Positions 10,070 to 19,981 of a stretch of 58,685 nt of DNA are shown here, in pieces; position 1 is the stretch's first letter; each line of letters opens with the position of its first letter. The stretch is from Deltaproteobacteria bacterium. Lineage in GTDB: Bacteria > Desulfobacterota > Desulfobaccia > Desulfobaccales > 0-14-0-80-60-11. A program made the position numbers and the translations under genes. The notes beneath the pieces are model-generated. The model saw only the letters and a list, made by a program, of their open reading frames with translations, made no database searches and was not told the DNA's origin. The stretch is taken from positions 1 to 58,685 of the forward strand of contig JAPLJC010000088.1 in NCBI GenBank assembly GCA_026388765.1, written 5' to 3'.

Positions 10070-10167
10070 TTAATCCCTACATTAAACTCGCAAAATACTT
10101 TGGCCCTATTTGGGGCTATGGTATAGTATGCGGATTCAGAAGACAATGCGGTGGGGGGGACAAAGTT

Positions 10168-12123
10168 TTGGGGGGGGAATCCATAGCAGCCCGCAGTGAA
10201 GCGGCGAACGAAGCGCTGCCGAAGATCTTTTTAAGTCGGATTGAGCGCGCCGTGCGCCGGGCTCAGGCCGCCATGCTGGGGATGCAGCATCCCGACGGCT
10301 ATTGGTGGGCCGAGTTGGAGTCCAACGTCACCATCACCGCCGAATATATCATGCTCCACCGCTTTTTAGGACTGGATGAGAGCCGGGTTCCCCGGATGGC
10401 GGCAGACATTCTGCACCGGCAACTGCCCAACGGCGGCTGGTCCGTCTGGTCTGGCGACGGCGGCGAGATCAGCACCACCGTGGAAGCCTATCTGGCTCTG
10501 AAAATCGCCGGATTCTCCCCCGACGACCCCCGGATGTTAAAGGCTCGGAAGTTTATCCTGGCCCGGGGCGGGGCCTTGAAAACCCGGGTCTTCACCCGCA
10601 TTTTTCTGGCCCTCTTCGGCCAGCTCAGCTGGGACGGCATCCCCCTCCTGCCGGTGGAGTTCATGCTCCTGCCCCCCTGGTCCGGCTTCAGCATCTATGA
10701 ATTCTCCAGTTGGAGCCGGTTAACCATTGTCCCGCTGATGATCATCATGGCCAAACGGCCGGTGCGCCCCCTGCCCCAGGACCAATGGGTGACTGAGCTG
10801 TTTCTGGACCCCAGCGAACCTTTCCTAAAGCACCGGGTGGCCTGGAAGCCCAGGGCCCATTTAGAGAACTTCTTCGTCCTGGTCGACCGCTTCCAGAAGC
10901 TTTATTACCGCCTGCCCATCCCCTGGCTGAGGAACCTGGCCATCAAGCAGGCGGTGAACTGGGTGCTGGAGCACCAGGAAGAGAGCGGCGATTGGGGCGG
11001 TATCCAACCCCCCATGGTCAATTCCCTGCTGGCCCTGTCCATCCTGGGGTATCCTGCGGACCATGAGGTGATGCGCCGTGGTCTCAAGGCCCTGGAGTTT
11101 TTTGAACTCCATGAAGATGACCGCACCTGGCTCCAGTCCTGCATCTCTCCGGTCTGGGACACGGCCCTGGCGATGCGGGCCCTGGCCGCGGCCGGCCTGC
11201 CGCCGCAGGACCCCGCCATGACCAAGGCCAGCCATTGGCTGCTCGCCAAACAAATTTTCAAGCCGGGAGATTGGCGCCACAAATGCCGCAATCTGCCCCC
11301 GGGGGGCTGGGCCTTCGAGTTCGTCAACAACTGGTACCCGGACGTGGACGATAGTTCCATGGTCCTGATGGCCTTAAAAGAAGGCCTGGCCGACCCCGCC
11401 AAACATCAGGCCGCCCTGCAGCGGGGCATCAACTGGTGCCTGGGCATGCAGTGCCAAAACGGCGGTTTCGGCTCCTTCGATAAGGACAACACCAAGGAAT
11501 GGCTCAACGCCATCCCTTTTGCCGACCTGAAGGCCCTGGTGGACCCACCCACCGAGGATATCACCGGCCGCGTCCTCGAGATGATGGGAGCCTTCGGCTA
11601 CGGCCTGGACCATCCCGCCGCGGTCCGGGCCCTGGACTTCGTGAAGCGCACGCAGCACCCCGACGGCGCCTGGTGGGGCCGCTGGGGGGTGAATTACATC
11701 TACGGCACCTGGTCGGTGTTGGCGGGTCTGGCCGGCATCGGCGAAGACCTGCGCCAGCCTTATGTGCGCCGGGCGGTGGCCTGGCTCAAAGAGCACCAAC
11801 TCCCCAACGGCGGCTGGGGCGAATGCTGTGAATCCTACCCCAACGCTGAAATGATGGGCCAGGGGGTGGGCAGCGCCTCCCAAACCGCCTGGGCCTTGCT
11901 GGGGCTCATCAGTGCGGGCGAGGCCCAGGCTCCCGAAGTGAAGGCCGGGGTGGAATACCTCTTGCGTACCCAAAACTCCCAGGGCCGCTGGAACGAGGAG
12001 CATTACACCGGCACCGGCTTCCCCGGCCACTTCATGATCCGCTACCATCTCTATCGGGACTGTTTTCCTCTGCAGGCCCTGGGCCGATATCATCAGGCAG
12101 TAAAAGACCTGGAAGAAGAATAA
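10168..12123 (+). CDS. shc: Squalene-hopene cyclase
   Basis: ELESNVTITAEY, catalytic YPDVDD, QW repeats, GRWGVNYIYGT and TGTGFP motifs. Confidence 0.97.
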   Translation: MGGESIAARSEAANEALPKIFLSRIERAVRRAQAAMLGMQHPDGYWWAELESNVTITAEYIMLHRFLGLDESRVPRMAADILHRQLPNGGWSVWSGDGGEISTTVEAYLALKIAGFSPDDPRMLKARKFILARGGALKTRVFTRIFLALFGQLSWDGIPLLPVEFMLLPPWSGFSIYEFSSWSRLTIVPLMIIMAKRPVRPLPQDQWVTELFLDPSEPFLKHRVAWKPRAHLENFFVLVDRFQKLYYRLPIPWLRNLAIKQAVNWVLEHQEESGDWGGIQPPMVNSLLALSILGYPADHEVMRRGLKALEFFELHEDDRTWLQSCISPVWDTALAMRALAAAGLPPQDPAMTKASHWLLAKQIFKPGDWRHKCRNLPPGGWAFEFVNNWYPDVDDSSMVLMALKEGLADPAKHQAALQRGINWCLGMQCQNGGFGSFDKDNTKEWLNAIPFADLKALVDPPTEDITGRVLEMMGAFGYGLDHPAAVRALDFVKRTQHPDGAWWGRWGVNYIYGTWSVLAGLAGIGEDLRQPYVRRAVAWLKEHQLPNGGWGECCESYPNAEMMGQGVGSASQTAWALLGLISAGEAQAPEVKAGVEYLLRTQNSQGRWNEEHYTGTGFPGHFMIRYHLYRDCFPLQALGRYHQAVKDLEEE

Positions 12124-12171
12124 CCTTTCGGCATTTGCCACTGTCCTCTGAGAAGGGGAGAATGAAGGGCT

Positions 12172-12199
12172 GTAGGGGCGGTTCTCGAACCGCCCCTAC
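12172..12199. repeat. GTAGGGGCG-type REP palindrome
   Basis: GTAGGGGCGGTTCTCGAACCGCCCCTAC; related copies at 17862-17932, 34524-34552, 50924-50951 and 54229-54255. Confidence 0.75.
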
Positions 12200-12332
12200 T
12201 TCAGTTTTGAGGAAACCTTAAAGCATCATAATTTCTGCAGTTAGTTTTTTGGCAAAATAACTTTTTTGGATTATTATAACGGCAATTACCGGCGCAAAAT
12301 TTGAGTCGTTGATCAGGCTATAAATTAGAGAA

Positions 12333-13364
12333 ATGACGGCATCCCCCACCGACAACCAAAAATCGCCAACCGTAAACCAGCTCAAAACCCTGGTCACCGG
12401 CGGCAGCGGCTTTGTGGGCCGGGCCGTGGTACTGGAACTCCTGGCCCAGGGGCGGTCCGTCCGGGTCCTGGCCCGCAACCCCCAACACCCCGCCCTGGCA
12501 GGACTCCCGGTGGAAGTGGCCCTGGGGGATTTGCGGGACCGGGCCTCACTGGAATCGGCCTTGACCGGCTGCTCCCGCCTGTTCCACCTAGCCGCCGATT
12601 ATCGCCTCTGGGTGCCCGATCCGGAGGAAATGTACGCCGTCAATGTCGAGGGCACCCGCAATCTCCTGGCCGCAGCCCTTGACCAGGGGGTGAGCCGGGT
12701 GGTTTATACCAGCACCGTGGGCGCCCTGGGCAATCCCGGCGACGGCACCCCGGGCTCTGAGGCGACCCCGGTGAGCCTGGCCGACATGGTGGGCCACTAC
12801 AAGCGCTCCAAATTCATGGCGGAGCAGGTGGCCCTGGAGTTCGCCGCCCGAGGCCTGCCCCTGGTGGTGGTCAACCCCAGCACCCCGGTGGGCCCCTGGG
12901 ACTGGCGCCCCACCCCCACTGGCCAGATGATCGTCGATTTTTTGAAAGGCCGCATGCCCGCCTACCTGGAAACCGGCCTCAACCTGATTCACGTCAATGA
13001 TGTGGCCCGGGGGCACCTCCTGGCGGAGGCCAGGGGGCAGGCGGGCGAGAAATATATCCTGGGACACGAAAACCTGAGCCTGTCCCAAATCTTTCAGCTG
13101 CTCTCTAAGATCAGCGGCCGCCCGGCCCCCCGGGTCAGACTGCCTTACTGGCCGGTGCTGGCCCTGGCCTATGTCGATGAGTTCTGGACCGGCCAGATCC
13201 GCGGCAAGACACCCCGCATGCCCCTCACCGCCATTCGCATGGCCAAGAAATATATGTACTTTGACAACCAGAAAGCGGTAAAATATCTAGGACTCACGTT
13301 AACCCCGGTGTGCCAGGCCCTGGAAGATGCGGTGGCCTGGTTCCGCCAGCAGAACTACATTTAG
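12333..13364 (+). CDS. hpnA: Hopanoid-associated sugar epimerase HpnA
   Basis: TGGSGFVG, HLAADYRLWVPDP and GHYKRSK (YxxxK) motifs; adjacent to shc. Confidence 0.92.
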   Translation: MTASPTDNQKSPTVNQLKTLVTGGSGFVGRAVVLELLAQGRSVRVLARNPQHPALAGLPVEVALGDLRDRASLESALTGCSRLFHLAADYRLWVPDPEEMYAVNVEGTRNLLAAALDQGVSRVVYTSTVGALGNPGDGTPGSEATPVSLADMVGHYKRSKFMAEQVALEFAARGLPLVVVNPSTPVGPWDWRPTPTGQMIVDFLKGRMPAYLETGLNLIHVNDVARGHLLAEARGQAGEKYILGHENLSLSQIFQLLSKISGRPAPRVRLPYWPVLALAYVDEFWTGQIRGKTPRMPLTAIRMAKKYMYFDNQKAVKYLGLTLTPVCQALEDAVAWFRQQNYI

Positions 13365-13497
13365 ATAACTTTTTCTTTATTTCTATATCTAATAAATTGA
13401 AAGTAGTTTAAAATCATACATTATTTGGATCAATCAGGTTCGATGGACTGATTTTTGCAACTAATAACCGGAAACCGAAAACCGTTTCTCCATAGAG

Positions 13498-14499
13498 GTG
13501 AACTTGCGTTTTCCGCTCAGTCTTAGTTTCGATTTGGGTCGCTACCTGCTAAAGAAACGGCTAGCGGGAAAAGATAAATTCCCCCTGGTCCTGATGCTGG
13601 AGCCCACCCATCAATGCAACCTGTCCTGCCAGGGCTGCGGCCGCATCCAGGAATATCGGGAGACCGTGGGACAGACCCTCACCCTGGAAGAGTGCCTGGG
13701 GGCCGTGGAAGATAGTGGCGTTCCGGTGGTTACCATCACCGGCGGCGAACCCCTGCTCTATCCCCCGGTCTTCGAGCTGGTGCAGGAGCTGGTGCACCGC
13801 GGCAAGCACATTTATCTTTGCTCCAACGGTATTTTGCTGGAAAAATCTTTACCCCGACTGCCCCAATCCGACCACCTGGCGCTGAGCGTCCACCTGGACG
13901 GCCTGGCCTCCACCCACGACCGCCTGCTGGGGCGGCCGGGGTTGTTCCACCTGGTCATTAAGGCCATCAAGGCTGCCAAGGCCCAGGGGCACAGGGTGTG
14001 CACCAACACCTCCATCTACAAGGCCACCGACCCCCGGGAGATTGAAATTCTTTTATCCTACCTGGGACATATCGGCGTAGACGGCCTCCTGGTGTCGCCG
14101 GCCTTTAGCTTTGCCGGGGTCGATGATGAGCTGTTTATGAGCCGGGAGGAGATCAAAGACAAGTTTATCCGCTTAACGGGCAACGGCAACCGTTTCAAGT
14201 TCTTCAGCACCCCGCTGTACCTGAGCTTCCTGCGGGGGGAACGGGACTACGAGTGCACCCCTTGGGCCAACCCCACTCGCAATCCCCTGGGCTGGCGCGC
14301 CCCGTGCTATCAAATCGTCGACAACCATTACCCCAGCTTTCAGGAGATGATGGCGCACACCAACTGGGACAGTTACGGGGTGGGTAAGGATCCCCGCTGC
14401 GCCCAGTGCATGATGCACTCCGGCTTCGAGCCCAGCGTGGTCCGGCGGATGAGCAGCCTGGCCGATTTCTGGACCATGTTCCGCTGGAACCTGACTTGA
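13498..14499 (+). CDS. hpnH: Adenosylhopane synthase, radical SAM HpnH
   Basis: FPLVLMLEP, CNLSCQGC, CTPWANPT and DPRCAQCMMHSGFEPS motifs. Confidence 0.93.
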   Translation: MNLRFPLSLSFDLGRYLLKKRLAGKDKFPLVLMLEPTHQCNLSCQGCGRIQEYRETVGQTLTLEECLGAVEDSGVPVVTITGGEPLLYPPVFELVQELVHRGKHIYLCSNGILLEKSLPRLPQSDHLALSVHLDGLASTHDRLLGRPGLFHLVIKAIKAAKAQGHRVCTNTSIYKATDPREIEILLSYLGHIGVDGLLVSPAFSFAGVDDELFMSREEIKDKFIRLTGNGNRFKFFSTPLYLSFLRGERDYECTPWANPTRNPLGWRAPCYQIVDNHYPSFQEMMAHTNWDSYGVGKDPRCAQCMMHSGFEPSVVRRMSSLADFWTMFRWNLT

Positions 14500-14611
14500 T
14501 GACAAGGAGTTGTCAGCAGTCAGCTCCCAGCGGTCAGCAGAGACCAAAGATTGAGGGGTCGGCGCCGCGGGTTTTAGATCTTCTGTCTTTGGTTATATCT
14601 TTCACCGGTCC

Positions 14612-16288
14612 ATGGGCCTGAACCGCAGCGTCCCGTTCCCCCTGGCCAACGGCTGGACCCTGCTGCTGGCCTGCTTGGCGGTTTATCTTCCCCTTTTCTG
14701 GCAGATTCCCCTGATCCGGGCCGAGGCCATGTACGCCCTCATCCCCAGGGAGATGCTGGCCTCGGGCTCCTGGCTGACCCCCACCCTCAACGGGGTTCCT
14801 TACCTGGACAAGCCCCAACTCATTTACTGGCTCAATCTGCTGGCCTACAAAATTTTCGGCGTCTCCGACCGGGTGGCCCGTTTACCGCTCCTGGGGGTGA
14901 CCTTGGGAGAGGTCTCGGTCACCTACCTCATCGGCCGGCGCCTGTTGGGGAGAGAGGCGGCCTGGTTGGGGGGCTTCGTCCTCTTGACCAGCATCGGCTT
15001 TTTTACCTTACACCTGCAGCTGCTCACCGACCATCTCATCACCCTCACCCTGATAACGTCTCTTTACTTTCTCCTGCGCTGGCAGGAGGAGCCGGCTTTC
15101 AAGTGGGCCGGGCCCTTCTTCCTGGCCCTCGGGTTGGGGTTTCTGAGCAAGGGGTTCATCGGCCTGGTTTTTCCCCTGCTCATCGGTGTCCTGTACGCCT
15201 GGCAATTGCGACAGAGAAGCTTGCTTGCCTTGTTTTGGTCTCCCGGGGGACTGATTCTGCTGATCCTCCTCCTGGTTCCCTGGCTGGTGGCGTCGGAATT
15301 GGCCAACCCGGGGTTCATCAAATTCCAAATCGTCAATGAACAAATCCTGCGCTTCCTGGGGCAGCGGCAGCCGCCGGACATCAACTCCTTTTCCCTCCCC
15401 GGCTTCTGGCTCTTCCTGGGCATCTGGCTGATGCCTTACACGCTCCTGCTCCCCGAGGCGCTCTGGCGGTTTTGGAGGGCAACGGACGCTGCGGCGCACC
15501 GCCAAGGCAGGCTGCTCATCATCTGGGCGGCAGTGGTCCTGGTCTTTTTTACCCTGTCCTCCAGCCGCATCGAATACTATTCCCTGCCGGCCCTGCCGCC
15601 CCTGGCCCTGATCATCGGCTGGAGAATCAAGGGCTATCTGGATACCCCGACGGACCGCTCCCTCCTCTGGGCCGTTTTGGCTATCGCCCTGCTGGGGCTC
15701 ACCACCCTCTTCCTACTGCCCTACCTGGAACAGGTCTGCGCCGGCAACCGCCGGGAGTTCGAGGGCATGTTTTGCCTCATCGCCCCCATCGCCCGGCCGG
15801 TGACCATCCTGATCCCGGCCCTGGCCCTGGCCGGCTTTTTTGCCGGCCTGGCCCGGCGACCCCGGCTGGCGGTGGTTTGCTACGGCGTCCTGGCGCTCTT
15901 CCTGGTCCTGTTCACCTTTCGCACCTGGCTGGCCCTCTCGCCCCTGATGAGCGACAAAGTTCCGGCCGAACTAATCCGGCAAAGTGCGGCGCCCCGGGAC
16001 GTGGTGGTCATGGAGCAGATCGAAGAGTTCGAATACGGCGCCTCCCTGGCCTTTTATTCCGGCCGCCGCATCCTGATGGTGAAGCGCCGCGGCCTACCCC
16101 AGTTTCCTTATCCGGTGCCAGCCGGGCGGGACTACCTCATCACCCCGGAGCAACTGCGGGAATTGTGGCAGGGGCCGGCAAGAGTCTTTGTGCTAGTGGA
16201 TGACGCCACCCCGTTGGAGTCCTTCCTGACCGGGGCCCGCCTGGTCCTGGCCATGCCCAGTAAACGCCTGCTGGCCAACCGGCCCTAA
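14612..16288 (+). CDS. ArnT/GT39-GT83 family membrane glycosyltransferase
   Basis: REMLASGSWLTPTLNGVPYLDKP and LSKGFIG motifs; many TM helices. Confidence 0.85.
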   Translation: MGLNRSVPFPLANGWTLLLACLAVYLPLFWQIPLIRAEAMYALIPREMLASGSWLTPTLNGVPYLDKPQLIYWLNLLAYKIFGVSDRVARLPLLGVTLGEVSVTYLIGRRLLGREAAWLGGFVLLTSIGFFTLHLQLLTDHLITLTLITSLYFLLRWQEEPAFKWAGPFFLALGLGFLSKGFIGLVFPLLIGVLYAWQLRQRSLLALFWSPGGLILLILLLVPWLVASELANPGFIKFQIVNEQILRFLGQRQPPDINSFSLPGFWLFLGIWLMPYTLLLPEALWRFWRATDAAAHRQGRLLIIWAAVVLVFFTLSSSRIEYYSLPALPPLALIIGWRIKGYLDTPTDRSLLWAVLAIALLGLTTLFLLPYLEQVCAGNRREFEGMFCLIAPIARPVTILIPALALAGFFAGLARRPRLAVVCYGVLALFLVLFTFRTWLALSPLMSDKVPAELIRQSAAPRDVVVMEQIEEFEYGASLAFYSGRRILMVKRRGLPQFPYPVPAGRDYLITPEQLRELWQGPARVFVLVDDATPLESFLTGARLVLAMPSKRLLANRP

Positions 16289-16311
16289 AAGAAAGTTTTC
16301 GGTCACCTGAC

Positions 16312-16986
16312 ATGATCCCGCTCCGAGACCACCTCCGCCAAGCACCGCCACCGCATGTCAATTACTGCCTTATCACCCTTAATTTCCTGGTTTTTGCCTG
16401 GGAATTGTCTTTAGGCTTCCGCCTACCCAAGGCCACGCAAATCCTGGGGTTCATCCCGGCCCGCTTTGTCGGTTACTTCCACCACTCCGGGACGGCCTTC
16501 TCCCAGGCGGTAATGCCCCTGCTCACCTCCCTGTTTCTGCACGGCAACCTCCTGCACTTTCTGCCTAACATGTGCTTTCTCTTCATTTTTGGGGGCAAAG
16601 TGGAGGACGTCCTGGGCCCCGGCCGTTATCTTTTGTTCTACCTGACCGGCGGCGTGGGGGCCGGCCTCATCTATTTCTTGGTTGCCCCTTCCTCCGCCGT
16701 GCCTCTCATCGGCGCCAGCGGCGCCATTGCCGCGGTGATGGCCGCCTATTTCAGCCTTTTTCCCGGGGAGAGATTTTCAACCCTCTTCATCATCACCTGG
16801 GTTCTGCTGCAATTTTTTTATGCAACCTTTGCCTTGATGAGCAAGTCGACCGGCCAGGCCGGGATGGCCTGGTGGGCCCATGTGGGCGGCTTCCTGCTGG
16901 GCCTGGTGCTGATCCACCTGCTGGCTCCCAGGGCGGTGCGCCTTCTTCCTTTCCGAAGCAGGCCCCAGAAACCGCCGGTCGATTGA
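16312..16986 (+). CDS. Rhomboid family intramembrane serine protease
   Basis: MIPLRD start; FLHGNLLH, GASG and AHVGG motifs. Confidence 0.9.
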   Translation: MIPLRDHLRQAPPPHVNYCLITLNFLVFAWELSLGFRLPKATQILGFIPARFVGYFHHSGTAFSQAVMPLLTSLFLHGNLLHFLPNMCFLFIFGGKVEDVLGPGRYLLFYLTGGVGAGLIYFLVAPSSAVPLIGASGAIAAVMAAYFSLFPGERFSTLFIITWVLLQFFYATFALMSKSTGQAGMAWWAHVGGFLLGLVLIHLLAPRAVRLLPFRSRPQKPPVD

Positions 16987-17069
16987 CGCCTCCGTGGGTC
17001 CCGGCTCGCCCCCTCCCCTTCCGCGTCTATTTTTAATATACTGAGGAAAATCCTTTTCCCAACGGAGAG

Positions 17070-17840
17070 TTGCTGATGCTGAAAACTGTGGCAGGACGAG
17101 CCGTGATGGCCGGGTTGTTCCTGCTGACCATATTAGCTGTACCGCTCCCGGCCCAACAGGACCGGTACGAGGAAGAAAGTGGCGTCCAGGGTAAGGCCCA
17201 GGAGCTCTTTAACAAGGCCCAGAAGTTGGAACAGGCCGGCAAACCGGAGGAGGCCATCAAAACCTACCAGTCTGCCATCCGCCTGGAGCCTAATTATCCC
17301 GAAGCCTACCAACAGATGGGCCTGGCTTATGCCAGCCTGAACCAATACCCGGAAGCGGTCAAGGCCTTCCAGGAAGTCATCCGCCTCCGACCCCAGTCAA
17401 GCCTGGCCCAGGGAAACCTGGGGGCGGCCTACATGAAAATGGGCCGTTTCCAGGAGGCCCGCAACGCCTTCCAGGAAGCGGTGCGCCTGCGCCCCGATGA
17501 CGGGGAAGCCCACTATAACCTGGGGCTGGCCCTGGGCAAACTGAAGCGCGACCAGGAGGCCCTGGGGGAGTTCAGCCAGGCCGTCAAGCTGCAGCCCGAT
17601 CTGGCCCGGGCCCACCGCAATCTGGGGCTGGCCAACCTCAACCTGAATCGCCTGGATGAGGCCCGCCAGGCCCTGCAAGAAGCTGCGGCCCTGGACCCCA
17701 AGGATCCCCAGGTCCATTACGCCCTGTGCGTTTACTACGCCAGGACCGGGAATGTCCAGGCCTTCAATAAGGAATTTAAGGCGCTCCAGGCCCTGGATAA
17801 GGACCTGGCCCAGAGTCTGAAGGAGCAGATTAAGAAGTAA
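17070..17840 (+). CDS. Secreted tetratricopeptide-repeat protein
   Basis: Signal peptide followed by several 34-aa TPR units (AHYNLG, AHRNLG). Confidence 0.88.
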   Translation: MLMLKTVAGRAVMAGLFLLTILAVPLPAQQDRYEEESGVQGKAQELFNKAQKLEQAGKPEEAIKTYQSAIRLEPNYPEAYQQMGLAYASLNQYPEAVKAFQEVIRLRPQSSLAQGNLGAAYMKMGRFQEARNAFQEAVRLRPDDGEAHYNLGLALGKLKRDQEALGEFSQAVKLQPDLARAHRNLGLANLNLNRLDEARQALQEAAALDPKDPQVHYALCVYYARTGNVQAFNKEFKALQALDKDLAQSLKEQIKK

Positions 17841-17943
17841 TAGTGCCAGGCTTTTAGGCCTATAGGGGCACGGCTTGCCGGTCCCGGGCTGGTTCTGCTC
17901 CTAATATTGGGCCCAGCAAGCTGCGCCCCTACAACCGAATTCC

Positions 17944-19020
17944 ATGCTCCCGCAAACCTTCATCGATCAGGTAGACTCCAACTGCCAGCTGGCCAGCGCC
18001 GGCCAGGCCGGCCAGTTTTCCCTATGCAGCACTCTGTTACGGCTGCGCCAGCTCTACAAGTGGGAGCACCAGCTGCCCCCCTGGCAGGAGCCGGAGTCCG
18101 CCCAGGTGCTGGAGTGGATCGAGATCAAAGAGCGCACCTGGGAGGCCCTGGAAGGGGCGGCCTGGCAGCAGCTCGTCTGGAATGGGCAGACCTTCGAGCC
18201 CCTGGCGGTGGCAGAGCTCAATCAGCGCCTGGTTCCCCAGGGGTTCGCCTACGGCGCCGGCTTGAGCCGGGGCCAGACCCCCACCTGTTTTCTGGGGGAA
18301 CTGCAAGAAATTCGGCCCCACGATGATTTGACCATCCTGGTCCTGGGCCGGGAGCTGGCCCGGGACCTGGGCGCCGCCCCGGCCCTACGCCAGGGGCCTT
18401 TGATTTACGCCCGGCAGGAGACCCTGTCCTATTATCTCTGGGACCGCCTCTCCGACCCCACCCAACAGAAAAACGCCTTCCTACGGATCGCCCTGGCGGC
18501 CTACAGGCTGGACCTGGCCGGCCTGCTCCGGCATCCTACGGCCCACCGGGACGCCTATGCCGGCTTCCTGGCCGGGGAGTTGGAGGCCGTCATCCACCAC
18601 GAAGTGGGCGAGGCGCTGGAAACCAGTCTGGGGCCGACCTTTGCCACCCTCCTGGACCTCTTCCCCCAGAGCCGGGTGGAGCTGTGGCTCCGGGCCCTGA
18701 AAGACGCCCTGGCCGAAGTGAACGAGTTTGGCCGCCTCTCCTACCTGATTGCGGGACGCCGGCTGGCTTCCCTGGCACTGATGCTGGCCTTGCGCCCGCC
18801 CCTTTACCATCTGCTCATGCCGGAATTGGAGCCGGCCTTTTGCCGCTTGCAAACCGACGGTGACTGGGGGGAACTGGAGATGGCCCGGATTCTTATCCTA
18901 ACCCGCTTGCGCGGCGTGGCCCAGGAGTTGCAAAAGCTCATGGACAGCCCGGATAACCTTGCAACCGAGGGGCTCCGGGCTGAAATCCAGCAGCGCTATT
19001 TGGCACCTTTGGGGCTTTAG
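17944..19020 (+). CDS. Conserved hypothetical protein, resembles Sfum_1244 family
   Basis: NCQLASA...SLCSTLLRLRQLYKWE, YGAG and HHEVGE motifs; family recalled from memory. Confidence 0.65.
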   Translation: MLPQTFIDQVDSNCQLASAGQAGQFSLCSTLLRLRQLYKWEHQLPPWQEPESAQVLEWIEIKERTWEALEGAAWQQLVWNGQTFEPLAVAELNQRLVPQGFAYGAGLSRGQTPTCFLGELQEIRPHDDLTILVLGRELARDLGAAPALRQGPLIYARQETLSYYLWDRLSDPTQQKNAFLRIALAAYRLDLAGLLRHPTAHRDAYAGFLAGELEAVIHHEVGEALETSLGPTFATLLDLFPQSRVELWLRALKDALAEVNEFGRLSYLIAGRRLASLALMLALRPPLYHLLMPELEPAFCRLQTDGDWGELEMARILILTRLRGVAQELQKLMDSPDNLATEGLRAEIQQRYLAPLGL

Positions 19021-19022
19021 AT

Positions 19023-19045
19023 AAATAGGGACACCTCCTATTTTT
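19023..19045. repeat. Solo REP of family A upstream of RAYT-1
   Basis: AAATAGGGACACCTCCTATTTTT. Confidence 0.85.
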
Positions 19046-19081
19046 CTTGACAATTCCGTTATGCCAGCCTAATCATTAGCC

Positions 19082-19747
19082 ATGCCCAGAATGGCCAGAT
19101 TGGTAGCCGTAAACTACCCCCACCATATCACCCAGCGCGGTAATAATAGCAGCGCGGTCTTTTTTGAAGACCAGGATAAGCAATTTTATCTCCAGACCCT
19201 GAAGAAATACAGTTCCCTGTGGGGGTTGGAGATCTGGGCCTACTGTCTCATGCCGAATCACGTACACGTCCTGGGGGTGCCCAGAAACCCCGAATCCCTG
19301 GCCAAAGGGATAGGCGGCACGAATCTTCTCTATACCCAATATGTTAACCGGCATTACGCGAGAAGCGGTAGATTGTGGCAAAACCGATTTTTTTCCAACA
19401 TCATTGAGAAGGAATCATATCTCTGGGCCGTAGCCCGGTACCTAGAGAGAAATCCCGTCAGAGCCGGTTTGGTCAAATTCCCCGAGGACTATCCCTGGTC
19501 TAGCGCTGCCGCACATTTGTTGGGTGAGCAGGATAAGGTACTCTCCGGGGAGTCATGGCTGGATGAGTTGGAAGTTCATGCCTACAGGAAATTCTTGCAA
19601 GCAGAAGCCGAACACGCCGAGACGGTTATCAGGAAGGCGGCCATGACCGATCGACCTCTGGGAAGCGAGATGTTTGTCAAAGGCCTGGAGATGACTTTGG
19701 GGCGGGATCTTGTTTTTCGGAAACGGGGTCGGCCGAGAAAAAAATAG
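19082..19747 (+). mobile_element. REP-associated tyrosine transposase (RAYT-1, Y1 HUH)
   Basis: HHITQRGNN, AYCLMPNHVH (HUH), GRLWQNRF and RYLERNPVRAG motifs; flanked by family A REPs. Confidence 0.9.
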
Positions 19748-19826
19748 GGACACTTCCTATTTTTTCTAATTTTTCCCCGCCACAATAAGGTCCTGCCTCG
19801 AAAAATAGGAAGTGTCCCTATTTTTT
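19740..19826. repeat. REPIN/MITE family A, copy 2 (reverse orientation)
   Basis: AAAATAGGGACACTTCCTATTT...AAAATAGGAAGTGTCCCTATTT; spacer is a reverse-complement homolog of copies 1 and 3. Confidence 0.85.
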
Positions 19827-19832
19827 ATGCTT

Positions 19833-19860
19833 TTGCTTTTTGCCCCCTCCCGGCTATAAT
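19833..19860 (+). promoter_or_regulatory. Candidate sigma70 promoter for guaA
   Basis: TTGCTT-N16-TATAAT. Confidence 0.45.
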
Positions 19861-19981
19861 TGAATTGAAAAATCATTTTAAGGGGTTGTGGGTCTATTCG
19901 TCCGGCCACCGAGGGGCAGGCGACCCAGCGGGTCCTCCCTACCGCGTCTATTTACCAAAAACTGAAAACTCGAAACTTATT

